64,000 nt of DNA from Chloroflexota bacterium (GCA_035653255.1 DASRCF010000089.1:1814-65813), one strand, 5' to 3'; positions 7,794 to 17,300 are shown, counted from the first letter of the stretch. Made by a program: numbers and translations. The notes: generated from the sequence alone by a model not told the origin.

Positions 7794-10439
7794 ATGGATA
7801 GTTACGTGCGTGATACCCCTCTTAGAAGAGTCGTAAGCGTTCTCTCATCGCTCGCTCTGGCATCAAGCGCCGTTTTCGGGGCGGGTGCCGTTGCTTCACT
7901 GGCGGCGTCGCCATCACACGGGGCCACCCTCAGGGGCCAGGCTGTCATTCGCGGCGAGGTCGCACCACCGATCCTCAACCATGCGGCCAGGCTGATAGGC
8001 GCTCGCAACCCGGCGTCACGCATGGGAGTCTCGGTGGCCCTGCCGCTCCGTCATCCGGCCGAGCTGGACCGGCTGATCAATCGTATTGAGCTGGGCCAAG
8101 CCCGTCCCATCAGTCAAGCTCAGTTCGATGCCCGCTATGGGCAGCCGGCGGCCCGGGTCGTCGCCGTCACGCGCTGGGCCGCCTCGTATGGACTCCATGT
8201 CATCTATCACAGTCCGGACGGCCTTGACGTCAGCCTAGACGGAACTACTCAAGCCTTCGACCGAGCGCTCCGAATCCGCGTCAACGACTATCGCCTGGGA
8301 AGCCGGAGATTTTTCGCGGCAGCATCCAACCCGTGGGTGCCGGCGAAGCTTCACATCATGACCATCGTCGGTCTCAACAGCCTGATTCACGGCTACGCTC
8401 TCGGCCTGCATCGGCGAAGCTTTCCCGCCGGCGGTTACACTCCCAAGGAGCTTCGGGCCGCCTACGACGTGTCTCAGCACGCCGGCAGTGGCGCCGGCCA
8501 GACAATCGGCTTCACCCTTTGGGGCTCACCCACCCCCGCGGCCGACTTCAACAAGTTCTCCACCGTGACCGGCGATGCCCACATCACGCAATGCGCCGCC
8601 ACCACGACCGTCCCCACGCCCGCGGCCTGCCAGGGGACACACGCCGCCAACACCATCCAGTGGGTGCAGCTCGACGGCAAGAGCAACGACCTCCGCGGCA
8701 ATGACGAGACTGCGATGGATGTCGAGGAAGCGCACGGCATAGCGCCCAACAGTCACCTCAAGTACTTCCTGGGCGACGACGGCTCAGGCCAGGGTCTCGT
8801 CGATGTGATCGCGGCGGCGGCCAACGATACCGACAAGACCCTGCACGCAGTCAGCAACAGCTGGGGTGCCTGCGGTCCGGGACCCGGTGCCGGAGGCTGC
8901 ACCAGCCTGGTCAACGCGCAGACCAGCGAATTCAAACATGCCGTGGCTACCGGGAGAACCTTCTTCTTCTCCAGCGGCGACTCCGCCGCCTTTTCGGGCT
9001 GCCCGCGCCACGGCACCGAGCTACAGGTCACCTGCAACGGCACGCCCGAGCCGAGTTGGCCCGCCGACAGCCCGTTGGTGGTCGCCGTCGGAGGCACCAA
9101 CCTGCAGATGAACAGCAGCTTCACCGCCTATTCTTCTGAGAGCGTCTGGAGCAACCTCCAGTTCGGAAACTCCAGCGCCTACTCGGTCTCCGGGGGCGGC
9201 AGCGGTTGCGCCTCCTTCTTCGGCCGCCCACTGTTTCAGCAGGGCGTGGCCGGCGTGACCGCGAACGCTACGTGCGCGGGCCGTGCCGAGCCGGACGTCG
9301 CCGCCGATGCCGACGCCTCGAGCGGTGTGCTCGAGATCGCCACCTCGACCAACCAGAACAACCAGAATCCCAAGCAGGTCCAGTTCGTCGACGGCGGGAC
9401 GAGCCTGGCGGCACCACTCTGGACGGGAATGTCCGCCGACACCAACAATTTCCTGCTGGCACACCACAGGGCACTCCAAGGATTCTGGGCGCCGGAGATC
9501 TACAAGCTGGCGCAGACGGCCAGGTACGACAGCTACTTCCACGACGTGGTCTGCGGCTTCAACGGGTCTCCTGCCTCTCTCGGCTGGGACCAGGCGACCG
9601 GTTGGGGAAGCCCTGACTGGTTCAATCTGACCGAAGGCATCGCCGGCATAGCCGTGGGCGCCAAGCCGGCGCCTTCGAATTGCCAGATTCCGGCCTCAGA
9701 AGCGGTGGCGACGGCCGAGGCCAGCCTCAAGCTGCCCTTCAAGTTCTGGCCTCCAGGCACCGAAGCCAGCACCGAGCGGGTTCGCAGTGCGGGTGACAGC
9801 ATCTTCGACGATGCCACCTGCGATCAAACGAGTTGCAACAACTTCTTCCGCCAGTTCCATGGGCACAGCTACGCCAGCTTCGGCTTCAAGGGCGGAGCCG
9901 AGGAGCAGGCGGTGTTCACGATCGGGGGCGACTCAAGCAGCCCATTCGCCTTTTTCGCCGGCAGTTACTACCCCAACAGTCTCGACGCGCACAGGGTCAT
10001 CGAGGATGCGGTGGCGCACGCCAATAGCGCCTTTCACATAGGCAGCTTCGATTGCTCGGTCAACCTGGAGGGCGTCAGCACGCTGACGCCGGATTGCAAG
10101 GCGATGCAGTTCCAGTTCCCCGGCCCTCCGGTCGTCGACGCCACCATCTATCTCTTTGCAGTGAACAACACCGTCGGCGAGCTGATCGTTGAGGCCAACG
10201 ATAGCACAGTGAGCGCCAGCCAGAGCAATACCAACACCTATCTTGCTGATTCGGACCACTTAGCCGGGTTCGAGATTGCGCAGCTCTACGTGGCCTCGAA
10301 CGCTACCTCCGTGGTCTATCCGGCGCCGTCACTCCGACACCGGGCGTTAGGTCCGCTGAAATTCGATGCCGTGCCCAGCCTTCGCCTCTCAGAAGGGCCC
10401 GCACGAGATCTGCCTACCCCTTCCTCTATCAGTCGATAG
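7794..10439 (+). CDS. S53 family serine-carboxyl peptidase (sedolisin/kumamolisin-like) with a ~300-aa C-terminal extension
   Basis: It has a signal peptide, a pro-kumamolisin-type activation region, and a catalytic domain with 'GGTSLAAPLWTG' (the SGTSxAAP serine motif). The C-terminal extension carries 'CDQTSCNNF...DCKAMQFQFPGPPVVDATIYLFAVNNTVGEL', which is homologous to the repeats of the upstream ORF. An alternative start is GTG 7764. Confidence 0.85.
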   Translation: MDSYVRDTPLRRVVSVLSSLALASSAVFGAGAVASLAASPSHGATLRGQAVIRGEVAPPILNHAARLIGARNPASRMGVSVALPLRHPAELDRLINRIELGQARPISQAQFDARYGQPAARVVAVTRWAASYGLHVIYHSPDGLDVSLDGTTQAFDRALRIRVNDYRLGSRRFFAAASNPWVPAKLHIMTIVGLNSLIHGYALGLHRRSFPAGGYTPKELRAAYDVSQHAGSGAGQTIGFTLWGSPTPAADFNKFSTVTGDAHITQCAATTTVPTPAACQGTHAANTIQWVQLDGKSNDLRGNDETAMDVEEAHGIAPNSHLKYFLGDDGSGQGLVDVIAAAANDTDKTLHAVSNSWGACGPGPGAGGCTSLVNAQTSEFKHAVATGRTFFFSSGDSAAFSGCPRHGTELQVTCNGTPEPSWPADSPLVVAVGGTNLQMNSSFTAYSSESVWSNLQFGNSSAYSVSGGGSGCASFFGRPLFQQGVAGVTANATCAGRAEPDVAADADASSGVLEIATSTNQNNQNPKQVQFVDGGTSLAAPLWTGMSADTNNFLLAHHRALQGFWAPEIYKLAQTARYDSYFHDVVCGFNGSPASLGWDQATGWGSPDWFNLTEGIAGIAVGAKPAPSNCQIPASEAVATAEASLKLPFKFWPPGTEASTERVRSAGDSIFDDATCDQTSCNNFFRQFHGHSYASFGFKGGAEEQAVFTIGGDSSSPFAFFAGSYYPNSLDAHRVIEDAVAHANSAFHIGSFDCSVNLEGVSTLTPDCKAMQFQFPGPPVVDATIYLFAVNNTVGELIVEANDSTVSASQSNTNTYLADSDHLAGFEIAQLYVASNATSVVYPAPSLRHRALGPLKFDAVPSLRLSEGPARDLPTPSSISR

Positions 10440-10590
10440 CTTACAGCACAGCGAGAGGCCGGCCGCGCTCGAGGGAGCGTGGCCGGCCTATGTTTTTCAT
10501 TCAGTAAGCCCACACGGTCAAAGCCCCGCCGCCTGCTTCCATCCAACCCAGTAGCCGACGGCGCCTTCCGACCCGCTCGCGACAACAGAA

Positions 10591-10616
10591 AATCCCGGAG
10601 CATATGCTCCGGGATT
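10591..10616 (-). terminator. intrinsic terminator for the small minus-strand ORF (13-bp perfect stem AATCCCGGAGCAT/ATGCTCCGGGATT followed on the minus strand by TTTCTGTTG)
   Basis: It is a perfect palindrome. On the minus strand it runs straight into a T-rich tract, 28 nt after the ORF stop. Confidence 0.5.
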
Positions 10617-10643
10617 CTGTGCGACGAGTACTACTGAGGTGGT

Positions 10644-10802
10644 CTAGGAGCAGGGAATACTGCAGCCACTGGTGTGGGTGCTGTTGCAGCTGGTGACGGC
10701 GTGAACCTCCAGGCGGCCCCGATACACGATCGCCGGGGTCTCATACGGCTTGCGCTCCTGGGGGTTCGCCTTCTGCTCGGACGCCTTGGGATTCTCGCTC
10801 AC
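10644..10802 (-). CDS. 52-aa peptide with a Ser/Thr/Cys-rich C-terminus (MSENPKASEQKANPQERKPYETPAIVYRGRLEVHAVTSCNSTHTSGCSIPCS)
   Basis: A GTG start lies 5 nt after the SD GGGAGGAG. The ORF has its own terminator and is not in the ORF track because it is under 60 aa. Its organisation is leader-like N-terminal part plus a core-like C-terminal part. Confidence 0.45.
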   Translation of the reverse strand: MSENPKASEQKANPQERKPYETPAIVYRGRLEVHAVTSCNSTHTSGCSIPCS

Positions 10803-11161
10803 AGGTGCTCCTCCCTATCTCAACTGGTCATGTAACAGATTACAGCAGGTGACCAATTTCGCGCTATTCGTCGGTATCCCCTCCGGCACGATCGGTTCAA
10901 TTCCACTGTACCAAGGCATCTCTCCGATGTAAAGTGTCGGTCGCGGGCTCGCTCGCGAGCGGCCACCCTCAGACCCTCCTTGCCAGCCTCGAAGCAGACC
11001 GAAGTATCTTGGAAGAGCGCCTGAGCGCGGACGGAGGAGATGTCCGAGGGTGCTTCAGGGCGGGGTCTGCCGATCGAGGCTGCCGTACGGACGGTAACAC
11101 GAGCCTCCGTGTGGCCCCTACGCCACCCGAATGCCTGATGCCATTTTTTGAGAGGAATGAG

Positions 11162-12877
11162 ATGTTTGAAGAACTTCCCGAGAATGCCTCCGGAATCCTC
11201 ACCTGGACCTGGCCGGACTTCGAGCCGTACTTCCTGGAGCTGCTGGCGCTCGAGCTCACACCCCAGACACTGAACACGTACCTCCAAAGCTGGACACGGT
11301 TCGGGACCCTCATCGGAGAGGTCTATCAGCGTCTCTACGTCGCCAAGACGCGTAACACTGCGGACCCCGAGGTCGAGGATTGGTTCAACACGTATCTCGA
11401 GACGACGTACAGCATGGCCGAGGAGGCGGACCAACGCCTAAAGGAGAAGCTCCTCGACTCCGGTCTTGAACCCGAAGGCTTCGACATTCCACTCAAGAAG
11501 ATGCGGGCCGATGCCGAGCTGTTTCGCGACGAGAATCTCCCTCTGCAAACGGCGGAAGAGAAGATGGCATCCGAATACGATGAGATTGTCGGCCGGCAGA
11601 CGATCATCTGGAACGGGACCGAGCTGCCGCTCCCACAGGCTCGAGTGCTCCTACAGGATCCAGAGAGGATGGTCCGTGAGCAATCATGGACGTTGACCAT
11701 GGAGCGGCAGTTAGCCGATAGGGGCGCCATCAACGAGCTCTGGAAGCGCAAGCTGGACAATCGCCTACGCCAAGCCTCAAATGCCGGTTTCTCCGACTAT
11801 CGCTCATACATGTGGCTGCAGAAGCACCGCTTCGACTACGGGCCTGAGGAGTCAGTCGCGTTTCAGAACGGTGTCGCCGAGGTGGTCGTTCCCGCGGCCG
11901 AGCGGCTGAGGCATCGCCGGCGGGAGTCCTTGGGACTCGACCGCCTGAGACCTTGGGACCTCGACGTGGACGAAGACGGCAAGGATCGACTCCGCCCCTT
12001 CGAGACTGCGACAGAGCTGATTGAAGGTACCGGAAGAATGTTCAACCAGGTCGACCGGAGGCTGGGCGACTACTTCCAGATCATGGTGGACGGCTCTCTG
12101 CTGGACCTCGACAGTCGGAAGAACAAGGCTCCCGGCGGCTACTGCACCACGTTCGCGGCCGCTCAAAGGCCGTTCATCTTCATGAACGCTGCCGGCACGC
12201 ATCGCGATGTAGAAACGCTGCTGCATGAGGGCGGCCACGCGTTTCACAGCTTCCAGGTACGACATCTGCCCTATGCTCAGCAGCGGTCGGTTGGGCACGA
12301 GTTCGCCGAAGTGGCGTCAATGTCGATGGAGCTGCTCGCGGCGCCCTATCTCTCTCGACAGGAGGGTGGGTTCTACTCGCCCGCGGAAGCCGCTCGCGCG
12401 AGAAGGCAGCATCTCGAGCGAGTGATCACGTTGTTGACCTCGGTGGCCCTCGTCGACGGGTTCCAGCACTGGGTCTACTCCAACCCTGACCTGGCAGAGC
12501 AGCCCGATCGGTGCGACGAGCAATGGAGCCTGCTGTTTGAGCGCTACAACCCGGGGGTAGATTGGAGCGGCTACGAGGATGAGCTATCCACCGGTTGGCA
12601 TCGCATCCTCCACATCCATCAGGTCCCGCTTTACTACATCGAGTACGGAATCGCCCAGCTCGCGGCCATCAAGGTATGGGAGCAGGCGAGGGAGGATCAG
12701 GGGCGGGCGGTCGACCGTTACCTCTACGCCCTCTCATTGGGTGGGACGAGATCCCTGCCGGAGCTGTTCCAAGCCATCGGAGCGGACTTTGACTTCACGG
12801 CCCGTGCCTTCCGGCCAACCGTAGCCCTGTTGGAGCAGACAATCGAAGATCTGCGCCAGGTCGAGGCAGCTGCCTGA
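11162..12877 (+). CDS. pepF: oligoendopeptidase F (M3 family zinc metallopeptidase)
   Basis: The zinc motif 'HEGGHAFHSF' (HExxH) is present, along with PepF-like overall similarity. The internal ATG 11162, with SD 'GAGAGG', gives the typical ~570 aa. The ORF track opens the frame at 10934. Confidence 0.85.
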   Translation: MFEELPENASGILTWTWPDFEPYFLELLALELTPQTLNTYLQSWTRFGTLIGEVYQRLYVAKTRNTADPEVEDWFNTYLETTYSMAEEADQRLKEKLLDSGLEPEGFDIPLKKMRADAELFRDENLPLQTAEEKMASEYDEIVGRQTIIWNGTELPLPQARVLLQDPERMVREQSWTLTMERQLADRGAINELWKRKLDNRLRQASNAGFSDYRSYMWLQKHRFDYGPEESVAFQNGVAEVVVPAAERLRHRRRESLGLDRLRPWDLDVDEDGKDRLRPFETATELIEGTGRMFNQVDRRLGDYFQIMVDGSLLDLDSRKNKAPGGYCTTFAAAQRPFIFMNAAGTHRDVETLLHEGGHAFHSFQVRHLPYAQQRSVGHEFAEVASMSMELLAAPYLSRQEGGFYSPAEAARARRQHLERVITLLTSVALVDGFQHWVYSNPDLAEQPDRCDEQWSLLFERYNPGVDWSGYEDELSTGWHRILHIHQVPLYYIEYGIAQLAAIKVWEQAREDQGRAVDRYLYALSLGGTRSLPELFQAIGADFDFTARAFRPTVALLEQTIEDLRQVEAAA

Positions 12878-12885
12878 CCGATGGA

Positions 12886-12902
12886 GGCTGAAGCTTTCAG
12901 CC
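12886..12902. terminator. hairpin between the convergent pepF and MFS genes (GGCTGAA gct TTCAGCC)
   Basis: The inverted repeat overlaps the stop codon of the MFS gene. No clear U-tract follows. Confidence 0.25.
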
Positions 12903-14168
12903 TGCAGGCTCAAGGGTGCGTGAAGACCTGCGGCCTCTCATTCGCCAGATGTAGATGGCGATCGTGCATGCCAGGGTGATACCCGCGCCCAGGGCAAAGG
13001 CGGCAGGGCTCCCCGCAGTCTGTGCCACCGCTCCGGCGAGAAGACTGCCAATGGGCGTGACTCCGAGAAACATCAGCGAGTACACGCTCATCACCCGGCC
13101 CTGAAGGCTCACCGGGGTCAGCTCCAGCACCCGCGTGTTGGCGGTGGTGGTGAAGAGTGTAGCGGCCAGACCAGTCGGGAAGAGAATGAGCAGTGCGACG
13201 GGGTAGCTGCGCACGAAGGCGAAGATCAGCTCGAGGATGAGGAAGCCGAACGCGCCGCCATATATCAGCCGCCTCGAGAACTCGCGCGAGGTCCAGAAGG
13301 ACAAGAGAACAGCACCCGCGAGCGATCCGGCGCCCTGAAAGGCGAGGAGAACACCGAAGCCGCTTGACTGTTGATGGAGGATATACCGAGCGAAGACCGG
13401 CAGAAGCGTGGTGAAGTTGAGAGCGAAGAGGCTGGCGATGCCCACCAGAGCAAGAATGACCAGCACTCTGACGTCGCGGAAGATGTACCGTATTCCCTCA
13501 AACAGATCGGCTAAGTACGTGGCCGGCTCACGCGTCTCTACGGCGCCTTCTGCTTTCGGAGTCTTAATGAGCATCAGTCCGCCGATGACAGCCAGGTAGC
13601 TGGCGGCGTTCACATAGAAGGCCATCGCCGGGCCGACGGCCGCATACAGCAGGCCTCCTAAGGCGGGTCCGACCACTCGAGCAGCATTGAATATGGCCGA
13701 GTTGAGCGCCACGGCGTTCATCAGGTGCTGCCGCGGGACCAGCTGAGGAACGAACGACTGCCGAGTGGGGGTATAGAAGGCGTTCACCAGGCCAAGAGCT
13801 CCGGCCAAGAGAAGGATATGCCAGAAGCGCACCAGGTGAAACAGCGTGAGTGTTGCCAGAATGGTGGCCAGGACGAGCGAAGCGACCTGTGTCAGCAGTA
13901 GGAGAAATCGCTTATCAACGCGATCCGCTACCGGTCCGGTGAAGAGCACCAATACCAGCAGCGGCATGAACTGAACGGTGACCACCAGCCCAACCTGGAA
14001 GGCCGAATGCGTCAGCTGCAGCACCAGCCACTGCTGGGCAACGCTCTGCACCCAAGTACCGGTGAGTGAGATCGTCTGCCCAAACCAGAAGATCCGGAAG
14101 GGCCGGCTCTGAAGCGCGGGCAGGCGAATACGGGCGTCCGGCTCGTCCGCCTGGACGGGTTGAGTCAT
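12897..14168 (-). CDS. MFS transporter (EntS/MFS_3-like)
   Basis: The protein has 12 predicted TM segments and typical MFS N-terminal motifs ('FRIFWFGQTISLTGTW'). Confidence 0.8.
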   Translation of the reverse strand: MTQPVQADEPDARIRLPALQSRPFRIFWFGQTISLTGTWVQSVAQQWLVLQLTHSAFQVGLVVTVQFMPLLVLVLFTGPVADRVDKRFLLLLTQVASLVLATILATLTLFHLVRFWHILLLAGALGLVNAFYTPTRQSFVPQLVPRQHLMNAVALNSAIFNAARVVGPALGGLLYAAVGPAMAFYVNAASYLAVIGGLMLIKTPKAEGAVETREPATYLADLFEGIRYIFRDVRVLVILALVGIASLFALNFTTLLPVFARYILHQQSSGFGVLLAFQGAGSLAGAVLLSFWTSREFSRRLIYGGAFGFLILELIFAFVRSYPVALLILFPTGLAATLFTTTANTRVLELTPVSLQGRVMSVYSLMFLGVTPIGSLLAGAVAQTAGSPAAFALGAGITLACTIAIYIWRMRGRRSSRTLEPAG

Positions 14169-14255
14169 GAGCGACCTCGGCCGCGTACACGGGCATCACG
14201 CGGAGGGCTGCTTCAGTTTCTCACCAGCCTCGGGCGACTCTCGAGCCGCATTCGC

Positions 14256-15374
14256 CTACGCGAACGGCAGCACGAATATGAAACGCGAGCCGCGGCCCTC
14301 TTCGCTCACCACTCTTAGGTTGCTCCCATGAAGGCTCAGCAGATGGCGCGCGATGGCGAGCCCCAACCCGGTACCCTGATCGCGGCTCCGGCCCTCGTCG
14401 ACCTTGTAGAAGCGCTCGAAGATCCGGGCGGCCTGTCCTCTCGTCATACCGACGCCCGTGTCGACCACCTCGACATGTGCGCTGCGGCCGTCTCGACGGG
14501 CCCGTACGGTTGCCGAACCGCCCGCTGGTGTGAACTTGATGGCGTTATGAACGAGATTCATCAGGACCTGCTCGAGTGCGGAAGGATCAGCCAAAATCGG
14601 AGCCAATCCCGACTGCACGTCCGCAACCAGATGCACGCCCTTCTCCTCGGCGGCCATGGCCAGGCGGCTCATGACCTCATCCACAACATGACCAAGCTCG
14701 ACCGCTTCGAGCTGGAGGCTGAGCCTACCCGACTCGAGCCGCGACAGCTCTAGCAACTCCTCCACCAGCCGGTTCATGGAGTGTGTCTCCACCTGAATCC
14801 GATGGAGAAAGTGCGCCCGGGCATCCGGTTCCGCGTCGGCGCCACTGGCGAGGGTCTCGACCAGGAGATTGATCGATGCCAGTGGCGTCCTCAGCTCGTG
14901 CGACACGTTGGCGACGAAGTCGCGACGAACGGTTTCGAGGTGGCGCAGTCTGGTCACGTCCGTGACCGAAACGATGGCATAAAGGGCCTGCCCACCGGGG
15001 TCGAGGATGGGCACGATTTCGAACACGAGAATCCTGTCCGGATCGGGCAGGAAGGCTTCATGAGTAACCTTGCGCCGGTCATGAATGGCATCGCCGATGG
15101 CGAAGCCGGCGTTCACGTCACGGATGGCATCTCCCACCCGGCAGGGAACCTGTCCCTCGTACCCCAGCAGCATCCGGGCGGCTGGGTTCAGCTCCAACAC
15201 GCTGCGGCGGCTGTTGACAACCAGCAGGCCGCGAGCGTCCTGCTCCATGAACTGGCGGAATGCCTGCCCATAATCGGGCAGCTCCGGGTCGGAGGTCAGG
15301 TCGACGCTGCCCTGAACCTCCTGAGCTGAACTGTGTCCTGTCTTCTCGCCGCGCCTGGCTGCGGTCGTGCTCAC
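14256..15374 (-). CDS. phoR: sensor histidine kinase (PAS-HisKA-HATPase), PhoR/SenX3-like
   Basis: It carries an H-box 'HELRTPLASI' and a C-terminal HATPase_c domain with N/G1/G2 boxes. It is co-oriented with the response regulator and pstS. Confidence 0.8.
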   Translation of the reverse strand: MSTTAARRGEKTGHSSAQEVQGSVDLTSDPELPDYGQAFRQFMEQDARGLLVVNSRRSVLELNPAARMLLGYEGQVPCRVGDAIRDVNAGFAIGDAIHDRRKVTHEAFLPDPDRILVFEIVPILDPGGQALYAIVSVTDVTRLRHLETVRRDFVANVSHELRTPLASINLLVETLASGADAEPDARAHFLHRIQVETHSMNRLVEELLELSRLESGRLSLQLEAVELGHVVDEVMSRLAMAAEEKGVHLVADVQSGLAPILADPSALEQVLMNLVHNAIKFTPAGGSATVRARRDGRSAHVEVVDTGVGMTRGQAARIFERFYKVDEGRSRDQGTGLGLAIARHLLSLHGSNLRVVSEEGRGSRFIFVLPFA

Positions 15375-16072
15375 GATGAAGGTGAAGGCTTGGGCGCGAT
15401 CTCGAACACATAGCCGACGCCATGGACTGTCCGAATTGCCTGGCTGTGCCCGGTGCCCTCGAGCTTGGCCCGCACCCTCCGCACATGCACGTCGACCGTC
15501 CGTTCGCCAACGAATTCATGGCCCCAGACTGCAGAAAGCAGGCGACCTCGGCTCAGCACGGTGTCCGGATGGCGCACGAAGTAGGCCAGGAGATCGAACT
15601 CACGCGGCTGGAAGCTGATCTGAACGCCGTCAATCACCACCTTGCGGCCCCGAGGGTCCACAACCAGCCCGTCATGTTCAATCGGCGCCTCGTCCTCCAG
15701 GCCCCTGTCCATCGCGACCCGTCGTAGGTTGGCTTTGATACGCGCCAGCAGCTCACGGAGCGCGAACGGCTTGGTTACGTAATCGTCCGCCCCGATCTCG
15801 AGGCCGACGACGCGGTCGACATCCTCTACCCGCGCAGTCATGATGATGATGGGTGCAGTGCTGAATGCGCGGATGCTGCGGCAGACATCGAACCCGTTGC
15901 CTCTGGGAAGCATGAGATCGAGCAGGATGAGATCGGGGCTCTCCTGCCGCGCCAAGATCAGGGCACTCTCGGCGTCCTCGGCCGTGATCGGTGTGTAATC
16001 CTCCCGGCGGAGGTTGTATGTCAGCGCGTCGCGAAGACTGCGGTCGTCTTCGACGACAAGGATCTTGGTCAA
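15371..16072 (-). CDS. phoP: OmpR/PhoB-family response regulator, PhoP/RegX3-like
   Basis: A receiver domain ('ILVVEDD...LILLDLMLP') is followed by a winged-helix trans_reg_C domain. It overlaps the kinase gene by 4 nt. Confidence 0.85.
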   Translation of the reverse strand: MTKILVVEDDRSLRDALTYNLRREDYTPITAEDAESALILARQESPDLILLDLMLPRGNGFDVCRSIRAFSTAPIIIMTARVEDVDRVVGLEIGADDYVTKPFALRELLARIKANLRRVAMDRGLEDEAPIEHDGLVVDPRGRKVVIDGVQISFQPREFDLLAYFVRHPDTVLSRGRLLSAVWGHEFVGERTVDVHVRRVRAKLEGTGHSQAIRTVHGVGYVFEIAPKPSPSS

Positions 16073-16128
16073 GCTGCTAGTACCTGGCTCATCCTACTGG
16101 TTGGATTCCTCACGTGGCCGAATTGCAA

Positions 16129-16159
16129 AGAGGCCGGCCTCGATTTGAGGCCGGCCTCT
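16129..16159 (-). terminator. terminator after pstS (13-bp stem AGAGGCCGGCCTC / GAGGCCGGCCTCT, loop GATTT, then TTTGCAATT on the minus strand)
   Basis: The stem is perfect and GC-rich. It lies 19 nt after the pstS stop. Confidence 0.5.
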
Positions 16160-16177
16160 CTGCTGTTTCGTCGACAG

Positions 16178-17230
16178 CTAACCCTTGACCTGAGCAAGCT
16201 GCTTCGTGTCGTACTTCCTGATCGCCTTCGGAAGGGGCACGTAGTCATTTGGCTTGCTGTACTTCTGCCCCGTATTGACGAGCCAGCGGAACAGACCAAC
16301 GAGCGCGGTCCTCTTTGCCTTGTCCGGGTTGACCTTGTAGACTCCCACCCAGCTGTACCCGGAGATGGGGTAGCTGGCTTTGCCCTTGGCATTCACGATG
16401 CTGAAGTGCGTGGCGGAGATATTCGGAAGCTTGCGGGCATCGGTGAGCACACTCTGCAGCGTGGCGTGCACGAACTTGCCGGCACGATTCTCGATGGCCG
16501 CAGTGGCAATCTTGTTCTGCAGCGCATAGGCAAGCTCGACGTAGCCAATGCCACCCTCGGTGCTCTTAACCAGAGCCGACACCTGAGAGCTGCCCTTGCC
16601 GGCGGAGCCGGTGGGCCATGGCGGAGTCTTCGACGTGCCGACCGCCTTCTTCCAGGCTTTGCTCACGTTGCTGAGGTAGTCGGTAAAGATGTATGAGGTG
16701 CCACTGCTGTCGGAGCGATGAACCACGGCAATGGCCTCATTGGGCAGTTTCTTGCCCTTGTTGAGCTTCTTGATGGCCTTGTCGTTCCATTTGGTGATCT
16801 TGCCCATGTAGATGTTCGCGAGCACCGGTCCCGACAGCTTCAGGCCGCTGACGCCTTTGACGTGGTAGATGATCGACACACCGCCGAGGGTGACCGGGAA
16901 CTGGACGATGGGGCCCTTCGCCGCGTGAAGGTCGGCCTTCATCATTGGAACATCGAAGGCTCCGAAGTCGTCGAGCTTCGCTTCCAGATTCTTCTGTCCG
17001 GTCCCGCTGCCGACAGGATCATAGCTCACGGTTACGCCGTGGCCATAGTGAGGAAATGCGGCCGCGAACAGCGGCGCGTCGAACGTCGAGCCGGAGCCGT
17101 TCAGCCGGACGGTGGAACTCCGGGAATGCAACTCCGAGGGTCGCGAGGCCAACGCCGAGCTGATGGATATGCCGGCAACCGCAGCGAGAGCGCCGAGGGT
17201 AAGCAGGATCGATATGAGGCGTTTCGTCAC
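16178..17230 (-). CDS. pstS: phosphate ABC transporter substrate-binding protein
   Basis: It has a signal peptide and the PstS N-terminal signature 'GSGSTF...GSGTGQ'. Confidence 0.85.
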   Translation of the reverse strand: MTKRLISILLTLGALAAVAGISISSALASRPSELHSRSSTVRLNGSGSTFDAPLFAAAFPHYGHGVTVSYDPVGSGTGQKNLEAKLDDFGAFDVPMMKADLHAAKGPIVQFPVTLGGVSIIYHVKGVSGLKLSGPVLANIYMGKITKWNDKAIKKLNKGKKLPNEAIAVVHRSDSSGTSYIFTDYLSNVSKAWKKAVGTSKTPPWPTGSAGKGSSQVSALVKSTEGGIGYVELAYALQNKIATAAIENRAGKFVHATLQSVLTDARKLPNISATHFSIVNAKGKASYPISGYSWVGVYKVNPDKAKRTALVGLFRWLVNTGQKYSKPNDYVPLPKAIRKYDTKQLAQVKG

Positions 17231-17258
17231 GTGTCTATATCTCCTTTGTTTTTGCCTG

Positions 17259-17300
17259 ATTGCACCTCATTGTCAAGAGAAAGACATTTCGGAATTGTTA
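17259..17300 (-). promoter_or_regulatory. putative Pho-box-like repeats upstream of pstS (TAACAAT...GACAAT(10)GCAAT on the minus strand)
   Basis: This is an AT-rich patch with repeated (A/C)ACAAT units 30-70 bp upstream of pstS. The heptamer TAACAAT recurs upstream of pstC (19523-19533). Confidence 0.25.

Noticed and set aside
10316-10603. 95-aa minus-strand ORF overlapping the terminator hairpin after the micro-gene
   Set aside because: It begins inside the terminator stem and has no SD. Its composition is Arg/Gly/Ser-rich, and it is more likely noise downstream of the real 52-codon gene.
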